Below are positions 9,945 through 17,098 of a DNA stretch of 64,000 nt, one piece after another (position 1 is the stretch's first letter; each line of letters opens with the position of its first letter). The stretch spans positions 1,984,001 to 2,048,000 of the forward strand of contig OY969724.1 in NCBI GenBank assembly GCA_963702205.1. Reading direction: 5' to 3'. The DNA comes from an uncultured candidate division Zixibacteria bacterium. GTDB lineage: Bacteria > Zixibacteria > MSB-5A5 > GN15 > PGXB01. The notes under the pieces were generated by a model. That model worked only from the letters and a program-made list of their open reading frames with translations, made no database searches and was not told where the DNA came from. The position numbers were made by a program, and so were the translations under genes.

Positions 9945-9967
9945 TTTATACGATCATAAGAAAGAAT

Positions 9968-9993
9968 ATCCCACCACTAAAGAGGTGGGGCAC
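9968..9993 (-). repeat. REP-like hairpin (family A), inverted partner of 8924-8949
   Basis: Reverse complement GTGCCCCACCTCTTTAGTGGTGGGAT; 21/26 identical to the 8924 copy by manual alignment. Confidence 0.65.
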
Positions 9994-10035
9994 CCGATTG
10001 TAAAATATTGACATTATTGGTGAAGCCGAAATAAA

Positions 10036-10057
10036 TCCACCTTAAAGGGTGGGCTAC
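10036..10057 (-). repeat. GTAG-foot REP-like hairpin
   Basis: Reverse complement GTAGCCCACCCTTTAAGGTGGA; its TAG is the stop codon of the 10054-10479 gene. Confidence 0.55.
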
Positions 10058-10479
10058 CAAGAATTCTCAGCGAGGCAATCTCTTATTGCGGCTTTTATAA
10101 CGTCCAGTTTGCACGGAATGCGGTTGAAATGATCCGCGCCTGAGGCTATGGCTCTTGAGGGGAATTCCTGATCATCGGGCCATCCGGCGAATGTTATGAT
10201 CGGTTTACAATATGTGTGCTTTAAATCAAAGACCAAGTGAAGTATCCGTTCAATCCTGTTAAAAGCCGGGAAATTATTGCCTTGAATAAATAGATTATTT
10301 AGAGTCAAAAAGAATAAATCAATATCGTTAATTCTTGCCAGATTCAACAATTCATCCGCGTGATACGCTGACAGGACGCGTACTTCCCGATTGCTTCCAA
10401 TGACTTCATTGGTCATTTCAGTCAACAGGTCTATGAAGATATTTTCCGATTCGCCGATTAGAATCGTTAATTTTTCCAT
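10054..10479 (-). CDS. Stand-alone atypical (pseudo-)receiver domain protein
   Basis: CheY-like pattern (ILIGESE; IDLFFLTL; PIITFAG; AIASGADHF) but lacking the canonical DD, phospho-Asp and KP. Confidence 0.7.
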   Translation of the reverse strand: MEKLTILIGESENIFIDLLTEMTNEVIGSNREVRVLSAYHADELLNLARINDIDLFFLTLNNLFIQGNNFPAFNRIERILHLVFDLKHTYCKPIITFAGWPDDQEFPSRAIASGADHFNRIPCKLDVIKAAIRDCLAENSW

Positions 10480-10578
10480 ATTAATAATATCGGAAGATTA
10501 GAAGTTGATTTCAGGCAATTAATAATAATTGAGCAGAACCGGTTTCTGCTGCCAACCAGCAGACCCTTCAAAGTTCAG

Positions 10579-10607
10579 GGCAGGCGGGGCGTCTGCCAGT
10601 CACGAAA
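10579..10607. repeat. REP-like hairpin (family B)
   Basis: GGCAGGCGGGGCGTCTGCCAGTCACGAAA; related copies at 11865-11897, 12015-12042 and 16210-16229. Confidence 0.65.
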
Positions 10608-10611
10608 AGAT

Positions 10612-10637
10612 GGATCCCGGGTCAAGCCCGGGATGAC
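10612..10637. repeat. Palindromic element resembling RPE-type repeats
   Basis: GGATCCCGGGTCAAGCCCGGGATGAC; stem ATCCCGGG/CCCGGGAT. Confidence 0.6.
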
Positions 10638-10645
10638 ATTTAGTT

Positions 10646-10716
10646 AATGGTATGGCATTTTTGAGTATGGGTGGTATTTTTAAATGGTATGGCATTTTAT
10701 AAATGATATAACATTT
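10646..10716. repeat. Short tandem palindromes AATG-N6-CATT
   Basis: AATGGTATGGCATTTT at 10646 and 10683; AAATGATATAACATTT at 10701. Confidence 0.6.
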
Positions 10717-10758
10717 GATAAAATGGCCGGTGTATGAAGTGATGCTCAATTGGGAAGA

Positions 10759-11775
10759 CTAATTTTTGGCGGCTTTGAAGCCGACCATGCGGTTGGTTTG
10801 TTCGTCCAGAAGCCGGAATTTCAATGATTTCAGACTGGCGAATAATTTGATCGGTTTGGTTTTCTGAAGAAAAGCGAGGTTGTTGTGGCATTTGGGCAGA
10901 TTATAATTGGGAATGCCCGGATGCAAATGGTGCACATGATGGTAGCCGATATTTCCGGTGAACCAGCGCAGGACGGCGGGCAGTTTGTAGAATGATGCGC
11001 CGTGGAGCGAGGCCTCGACAAAGCTCCAATCATCATCCTCGGCCCAATAGACATCCTCGAACTGATGCTGCACATAGAACAGCCAGACCCCGGCGACAAG
11101 GCCGAAGTAAACAATCAGGATTTGTATTATCAGGTAGCTTTTCCAGCCAATCAGGAAGCTCATGCCGATTGCTACCACAATAATAGCCGCGTCGGTCAAC
11201 AGGACGCTATGCTGTTCTTTTCTATCGACTTTCTTTTTGGGCACGCGGTTGGAGACCGAGAATATTAATATCGGACCGAGTAAGAACATGATGGCGGGAT
11301 GGCGGTACAGACGATATTTCAATCTTGTCTTAAACGAGGCAGCTTTGAATTCACCCAGCGTCATGGTCCAGACGTCGCCCTGCCCGCGTTGCTGCAGGTT
11401 GCCCGACGTTTTGTGGTGCCGATAGTGCGCCGCATGCCAGCCGTAAAAGGGCGTGAATGTAATAATCCCGGTAATGATACCCCAGATATGATCGGCGCGG
11501 GCCGAATTAAAAAATGAATAATGTCCGCAATCGTGAAAAATAATAAAAATCCTGACCAAAAATCCGCTGGCCAGCAATATTGGTGGCAGAGCCAGCCAGA
11601 ACGAATATTGTAAGGCGTAATATGATAGGACCCACAAGGCGACATAGGGTATCAGTGAATTGGTCAACTGCCAGATGCTGCGCCATTTGGTCGGGTGACT
11701 GTACACCGACATTCTTCGCTGCAGGTTTTTCAGGTCCATTGAACTGCCTGTCTTGGTGCGATCAGGATCGGCCAT
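10759..11775 (-). CDS. Membrane fatty acid desaturase (Bacillus Des-like)
   Basis: His boxes HDCGH, HYRHH, HHVHH; RIFIIFHDCGH, WLFYVQHQFE, GNIGYHHVHHL, IPNYNL. Confidence 0.92.
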   Translation of the reverse strand: MADPDRTKTGSSMDLKNLQRRMSVYSHPTKWRSIWQLTNSLIPYVALWVLSYYALQYSFWLALPPILLASGFLVRIFIIFHDCGHYSFFNSARADHIWGIITGIITFTPFYGWHAAHYRHHKTSGNLQQRGQGDVWTMTLGEFKAASFKTRLKYRLYRHPAIMFLLGPILIFSVSNRVPKKKVDRKEQHSVLLTDAAIIVVAIGMSFLIGWKSYLIIQILIVYFGLVAGVWLFYVQHQFEDVYWAEDDDWSFVEASLHGASFYKLPAVLRWFTGNIGYHHVHHLHPGIPNYNLPKCHNNLAFLQKTKPIKLFASLKSLKFRLLDEQTNRMVGFKAAKN

Positions 11776-11864
11776 TTTGCCTCAAGGTTTAAGTTTGTAG
11801 TGTCAATAATAATACGGCTGTTATTCCGAGATGAAAAGAATAATAGTGGCGGTATTATAAGAAA

Positions 11865-12042
11865 ACCGGCAGGCGGGGGCGTCTGTCGGTCACAAAATTT
11901 GGGTGGCCACTCCAAACTTGTTTGGAGTGGATATTATTATTTTCCATTTAAGACCCCTCCAAATAAATTTGAAGGGGCCACCAATCAGGACCTTCGGGCA
12001 GCGGGGCAGCCCTGGGAGATGGGGCGTCTGCCGATCACGAAA
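11865..12042. repeat. Cluster of REP-like hairpins (BIME/REPIN-like)
   Basis: Family B copies at 11865-11897 and 12015-12042 enclose an inverted doublet at 11902-11930 / 11954-11982 (24/29 identical). Confidence 0.7.
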
Positions 12043-12086
12043 TCATGACGTTTGTCTGGCGGGGGGGCCGATCCCGACCTTTTAAA

Positions 12087-12115
12087 TTGACAAAAAGGGT
12101 TTTTGGGTCTATTAT
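12087..12115 (+). promoter_or_regulatory. Putative sigma70 promoter
   Basis: TTGACA-17 nt-TATTAT 30 nt before GTG 12145. Confidence 0.6.
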
Positions 12116-12144
12116 AAAGGTAGCTAAAGGACAGGGGGTAGTTT

Positions 12145-13977
12145 GTGAAAAAGGCTTTTGTTGTTTTCATCGTCGCGATATTCCTGACATGGTGTTTCAT
12201 TGGTTGCTCCGAAAAAGAGAAAACCGTAAATGCTCCGGAAGTCGGTTTCGCCATTGACGGCCACGTGCGTCAGTCGGTCACGCTTGAAAAAGTGCCCGGC
12301 GTGGTAGTATCGCTGGCGGGACAGGTGTGCACGACCAACACTTCCGGATATTATTATTTCAAGGATGTACAGTCAGGATCATATCATCTGACGGCGGATA
12401 AGTACGGCAGTACTTTATTCGAAACCGATATCGACCTGGTCGGGCTGCTTCAGTATGATTTTAAAATCAATTACGATATAAGTCTTTATGGTTGGGTGGC
12501 TCATCCGGTTGACGGGCCTATAGAAGGTGCGACGGTGCAGGCGGGGGATTCGACCGCGGTTACTTCAAGAACCGGCTATTACGAATTTGTAGGTCTCGTT
12601 CCGGGGACATATCCGTTGACGTGCGAAAAAGAGGGGTATCTTGATTCAGATACAAACGTTACGATTGATGCGGATTTTACGCTCGCGCGCATAAAATTAA
12701 CACGTTTCTTTGCGCAAGTGCATGGAATCGTATCACATCCCGTCGACGGTCCGATTGAAGGTGCCATGGTTCAACTGGATACTCTTTTAGATACGACGAC
12801 TGCAGGAGGATTTTATGGATTTAACAGTGTGGCAATTGGGAGTCACCGTTTGCAGTGTGAGGCCGAGGGATATACTCCGATTGATGAAATTGTTAATGTC
12901 GCTGATACTACGGCATCAACCGATATTGAAATGGCAAGATTGTTTTCGAAAGTGTTTGGAATAGTATCAAGTTCGGCGGATGGTCCAATTGCCAATGCCA
13001 TTGTACGAATAGACGCCCTGGCGGATACAACGTCGGCCGATGGGCATTATTCCATAGACGGGATATCTCGCGGCCGACGCACAATAACCTGCCAGGCCGC
13101 TGGCAACAGTAATGTTGAAATGGACGTCGATATAGAACGCGACTATTTTGAAATGAATATAGAAGTCGACAAGTTGTATTCAATATTCGGCGTGGTTTAC
13201 CATGAGGCAGATGGGCCGTTGGAGGGAGTTACAGTTTCGGTTGAAGATTTTGTCGCGACGACAGACGACCATGGCTATTATTCCTTAAATATTCCTCAAG
13301 GTACGCACGAAATTAGGTGTGTAAAGCCAGGCTATAATGAATATGTCAACACAATCGACGTTGAATATTCGCAGGCTTTGCCGAGTATCAGGATGCTGAA
13401 AACAGTTACTGATTTCGAGCAGGACATTACCGACGATTTTAGTACATTAATTGAAGAAAAGCGATTATGCCCGTCGGTTTGCTACGAACCTGATGCAGAT
13501 AATCAATATATCAATATTCAATTCTTGTATATGTACATCGGCGGAGAATGCGTGACGTCAGAGTGGCATTCGTCCATATACATGAAATTCGAATCAGAGT
13601 TTTTAAGTTATGACCCTGAAATAGGCTCCGTGGATTTGTATTTGTATGTCAATGCAATCGATAATGCGCAGTACTTCGGAGATATAATGGTATACTTGAT
13701 TACGTCTGCCTGGGACGAGGAAGATGTGAGCTGTGATAGCATGCCAACCACGCAAAGTAATCTTTGGCAATCTTTTCAAATCCCCGAATTGACAGTTGAT
13801 GAACCGATGGTAATAGATATCAAAGATTTGTTAAGCAGGAGCACTTCGGAAGTATATGGCGTCAGGATTTCATTCAGCTCTTTAATCGGAGGATGGGCTT
13901 ACGGCATCGAATTTTATTCATCCGAGTGTCCCGATGTATCCAAGCGGCCGAAGATAATCGGGACTTTTACCTATTGA
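12145..13977 (+). CDS. Lipoprotein with tandem carboxypeptidase-regulatory-like domains and a C-terminal DNRLRE-like domain
   Basis: Lipobox FIGC; ~78-aa repeats (DGPIEGA.V...T...G.Y); C-terminal SAWDEE..., IEFYSSE...KRPKI. Confidence 0.75.
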   Translation: MKKAFVVFIVAIFLTWCFIGCSEKEKTVNAPEVGFAIDGHVRQSVTLEKVPGVVVSLAGQVCTTNTSGYYYFKDVQSGSYHLTADKYGSTLFETDIDLVGLLQYDFKINYDISLYGWVAHPVDGPIEGATVQAGDSTAVTSRTGYYEFVGLVPGTYPLTCEKEGYLDSDTNVTIDADFTLARIKLTRFFAQVHGIVSHPVDGPIEGAMVQLDTLLDTTTAGGFYGFNSVAIGSHRLQCEAEGYTPIDEIVNVADTTASTDIEMARLFSKVFGIVSSSADGPIANAIVRIDALADTTSADGHYSIDGISRGRRTITCQAAGNSNVEMDVDIERDYFEMNIEVDKLYSIFGVVYHEADGPLEGVTVSVEDFVATTDDHGYYSLNIPQGTHEIRCVKPGYNEYVNTIDVEYSQALPSIRMLKTVTDFEQDITDDFSTLIEEKRLCPSVCYEPDADNQYINIQFLYMYIGGECVTSEWHSSIYMKFESEFLSYDPEIGSVDLYLYVNAIDNAQYFGDIMVYLITSAWDEEDVSCDSMPTTQSNLWQSFQIPELTVDEPMVIDIKDLLSRSTSEVYGVRISFSSLIGGWAYGIEFYSSECPDVSKRPKIIGTFTY

Positions 13978-14135
13978 CGTGAACAGGGCAAACCCGGTAT
14001 ATTATTCCGAGGAATATTCCGACACCGATGACGAACCGATTGAAATAGAAAGCAAAATCGGGTCCACATCGCGCCTTTATTCTTCAAAGACGACGCCCGA
14101 CCATAAATAAATCACACATACCCGGGGAGGATATT

Positions 14136-14345
14136 GTGAAAAAAAGTGGTTGGTGCGAATTCAAGAAATGTGACATCGAGTACCAGCAAATAATTCTCTG
14201 GCCCGGCGACAAGGGCAATGATACTCGTGTCCCGATTAAAAGGCTGGACAATTGCAGCGGACTAAACGAACGATGCGCGCATTTCAGCTGCATGCTCGAT
14301 CCCAATGTCGGCCTGGGTGCCCAGAGTCCGTTTGTGAAAATGTAA
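14136..14345 (+). CDS. Small Cys-rich hypothetical protein
   Basis: GGGGAGG RBS before GTG; 69 aa with five Cys; upstream TTGACG-18-TATATT (13974-14003). Confidence 0.55.
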   Translation: MKKSGWCEFKKCDIEYQQIILWPGDKGNDTRVPIKRLDNCSGLNERCAHFSCMLDPNVGLGAQSPFVKM

Positions 14346-14535
14346 CCTCCATGGTAGAAATTTGCCGACGACTCATGTTAAAAATTTAATACTGCCGTAA
14401 GCTGAAGTTGCATAATAAATTGTCGTCAATGTAAGTCGGTGCCGGCGACTAAAATTATAATCGGGGAACCCGGCTTTAGCGAAAAATGTTATTAGATATA
14501 CCTGTAGACATTTTTTCAATAACATCATGTTAATG

Positions 14536-14564
14536 GGCCAAAGAAACCTTTGGCCTATTTTTTT
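14536..14564 (+). terminator. Intrinsic terminator
   Basis: GGCCAAAG-AAAC-CTTTGGCC followed by TATTTTTTT. Confidence 0.7.
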
Positions 14565-14631
14565 CGACGGCCTTGACATTTACCGCAAAAAAATATAGTC
14601 TTTTCGAAATTGCAGTGGAGGATTTAACCGT

Positions 14632-16194
14632 ATGAATTTCAACGGCAAAGAATATCGGCCTTTTGAAAAGGCGTTTGACGATAAAGAATTTTCCGGCCGT
14701 ATGGTGGGAAGACCCATAACCACGAAAATCCCGAGAAGAAATAATAAAGTCGTAGCGCTGGATGAGGTTATGGATGTCATTTTCGACGGTGACACGATAT
14801 CGTATCCGCACTACTACCGCACCGGCGATAAAGGGCTGGAGATGGTGGTCGCGAAGCTCCGCGAGCACGGGAAGAAAGACATAAGGATATACGGCAACGC
14901 CTTTTTCGACCACGTCGATCCGTGGCTGTTTGAGGCCATCGACGACGGAACCATCACCGGGATATATGGAAATCCGTACCGCAAGCTGGGCGCGAAAATT
15001 CTTATGGGCGATCTTCTGCCGTGGGTGAGTGTCGGGTTCTCGCACGGTAACCGGGTGAGAAAGCTGCAAACCGGTGAACTGACGGTTAAAGTTGCGTTCG
15101 GGCCGGTGCCGATTGCCGACGTCTATGGCAACGCCAACGGCCTGGGCGGCAAGGAAGAACATTTCTGCGGGCCGGTGGGACTGTTCACGGTGGACAGCGA
15201 GTGTGCCGAATATGTTTGTCTTCTGGCCGGGACCGTCAGCGAGACGGTTGTCCTGCCGGCGCCGATTTCGATGGAGCGGGTCGATTTCGTGGTGAAAGTC
15301 GATGATCCGGGGTTGTCGTCGGGGATCGGCTCGGGGACGCTGGACATGAACAAAGCGCGCTCCAACCCGTTCAATGCGCAAGTGGCCGAGAATATAAGCA
15401 ATGTCATTAAAGCGTCGGGGGTTGTAAAAGATAATTTTGCGTTCCAGGTCGGTTCGGGGGCGGGGCTCCTGGTGCTTGAAAATATTCGCGCCATGCTCAA
15501 AGAGATGAAAATCCGGGCCGATTTTTCGATCGGCGGGGTGACGTCGCTGCACGTCGATATGCTCGAAGAAGGGACGCTGTATCAGCTTATGCACGGTCAG
15601 CTGTTCGAGCCGAGCGCGCGGATGAAAGAGTCGATGATCAACAACCCGCACCATCATGAAATCACGACACCATACTATGCTTCGGTCGCCAATAAAGAAT
15701 CGGCGGTCAATATGCTCGATCTGGCGGTGCTTTCGGCACTCGAAGTTGATCTTGGTTTTAACTTGAATACCGTCTGTGCCAACGGGCGGATAATTGGTGG
15801 AATCGGCGGAGGGCAGGACGTCGCGGCCGGAGCCGACCTAACCATCATCTTCATGCCGCTGGCGACCGGTAAGGGCGACAAGGGTTTTCCGAAGGTGGTT
15901 GAGAAAGTCTATACCCGCACGACGCCGGGCGAAGTGGTCGATGTAATCGTCACCGAGGAGTTCGCGGCGGTCAATCCCGATAGTACAAGTTCATACAAGG
16001 ATGCGATTTCGAATAACGCCAAAGATTTCGGTGTGAAGTTGTTGACGATAGAAGAACTGCACCGGCGGTCGATTGACAAGGCGCACGAGTTTGGCAGGAT
16101 CCCAGCGAATGCCGAGACGACGGATGAGGTAGTTCATGTCATCGAGTGGCGTGATGGGACGTTGTTGGATGTGATAAAGAAGCCGGTCACATAG
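14632..16194 (+). CDS. citF: Citrate lyase alpha subunit-like CoA-transferase
   Basis: GGAGG RBS; DGDTISYPHYYRTGD, SHGNR, GNANG, CGPVG, FQVGSG, SALEVD..FN.N, GG.QDVAAGA, TPGEVVDVIVTE follow the CitF layout. Confidence 0.8.
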   Translation: MNFNGKEYRPFEKAFDDKEFSGRMVGRPITTKIPRRNNKVVALDEVMDVIFDGDTISYPHYYRTGDKGLEMVVAKLREHGKKDIRIYGNAFFDHVDPWLFEAIDDGTITGIYGNPYRKLGAKILMGDLLPWVSVGFSHGNRVRKLQTGELTVKVAFGPVPIADVYGNANGLGGKEEHFCGPVGLFTVDSECAEYVCLLAGTVSETVVLPAPISMERVDFVVKVDDPGLSSGIGSGTLDMNKARSNPFNAQVAENISNVIKASGVVKDNFAFQVGSGAGLLVLENIRAMLKEMKIRADFSIGGVTSLHVDMLEEGTLYQLMHGQLFEPSARMKESMINNPHHHEITTPYYASVANKESAVNMLDLAVLSALEVDLGFNLNTVCANGRIIGGIGGGQDVAAGADLTIIFMPLATGKGDKGFPKVVEKVYTRTTPGEVVDVIVTEEFAAVNPDSTSSYKDAISNNAKDFGVKLLTIEELHRRSIDKAHEFGRIPANAETTDEVVHVIEWRDGTLLDVIKKPVT

Positions 16195-16209
16195 TGCGTA
16201 GGGAAGAGG

Positions 16210-16283
16210 GGCAGATGTGGACATCTGCCGCCCGCGTTATAATGAAAAGTAGGTCGGGTTCCGAGTCTTCGAGAAATCCGACA
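16210..16283. repeat. Family B hairpin plus GTAG-foot REP-like hairpin
   Basis: GGCAGATGTGGACATCTGCC (16210-16229) and GTAGGTCGGGTT...AATCCGACA (16249-16283). Confidence 0.6.
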
Positions 16284-16286
16284 GGA

Positions 16287-17030
16287 ATGCGGTTAATAAA
16301 AGCCGTGGAAAACGAAATTATATATGAGGATAAATGCGTTGCCTATTTTGATATATTAGGATTTAAGTCATTAATTAATAATAGCCAGGATATATCAAAA
16401 AGGATGATAGCACTGATTCGAAATTGCGCAGAGTCGGCATTTGGATCGACGCAAGAAATTTATAGATTATTTAAAGAACATATTTCGATAAAGGCATTTT
16501 CGGATAATTTTTGTATATCAACGGATTATAATCTGCAGAATGTACTGCTGCTAATCCAAAGCCTAGCTTATGTCCAACGATATTTCGCATTAGAAGGAGT
16601 TTTTATTAGAGGAGGATTGTCATTCGGCAAACACTATGAAAATGAGTGGATGATTTTTAGCAAAGGGTTGATAAAATCCTATCAAATAGAAAAATATGAG
16701 GACTATCCAAGAATTGTCGTTGATAATGCATTAATCGAATATATTGAAAATAATAGCCAATACATAATTCAAATGTCTGATAATAAGTACTTTATAGATT
16801 ATTTGTATGATGATCTAGGCGGGAGCGTTTTGTCCGATGAAATATATCTGCCGAATCATAAAAAATCGATCATAAATGCTGTGAAAAATATATCCGATAG
16901 CAAAATACTATTAAAATATGTCTGGCTTGCCAAAAATCATAATAATCGAGTGGACTTTTATAGTAAGGGCGGTATTAATTTGAACGAGTGTAAAATTAAT
17001 ATAGAAGAATTGTTTGTAAATATGTGTTAA
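16287..17030 (+). CDS. AT-rich hypothetical protein with class III nucleotidyl-cyclase-like motifs
   Basis: VAYFDILGF, KAFSDNF, FIRGGLSFG, YPRIVVD. The ORF-track start at 16194 runs through REP hairpins, so the start is placed at ATG 16287 (or GTG 16305). Confidence 0.6.
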   Translation: MRLIKAVENEIIYEDKCVAYFDILGFKSLINNSQDISKRMIALIRNCAESAFGSTQEIYRLFKEHISIKAFSDNFCISTDYNLQNVLLLIQSLAYVQRYFALEGVFIRGGLSFGKHYENEWMIFSKGLIKSYQIEKYEDYPRIVVDNALIEYIENNSQYIIQMSDNKYFIDYLYDDLGGSVLSDEIYLPNHKKSIINAVKNISDSKILLKYVWLAKNHNNRVDFYSKGGINLNECKINIEELFVNMC

Positions 17031-17040
17031 GCAGCAAAGA

Positions 17041-17068
17041 TGTCAGGAGCACAGGGCTCCTGACCTAC
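17041..17068 (-). repeat. GTAG-foot REP-like hairpin
   Basis: Reverse complement GTAGGTCAGGAGCCCTGTGCTCCTGACA; 9-bp perfect stem GTCAGGAGC/GCTCCTGAC. Confidence 0.7.
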
Positions 17069-17098
17069 AAGAAAAAAGAGAAATAGAAGAGTAATACA

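Noticed and set aside
8924..12042. CRISPR array or integron attC array
   Set aside because: No regularly spaced identical repeats, no cas or intI genes, and no convincing RYYYAAC/GTTRRRY boxes; the hairpins fit REP-like elements better.
13983..14030. ACAGGGCAAACC resembling a c-di-GMP-I riboswitch start
   Set aside because: The GNRA loop and downstream GACGCAAAGC/P2 elements are absent, and it overlaps a promoter spacer.
16194..16286. N-terminal extension of the cyclase-like ORF
   Set aside because: It is translated REP hairpin sequence upstream of the AT-rich coding region.
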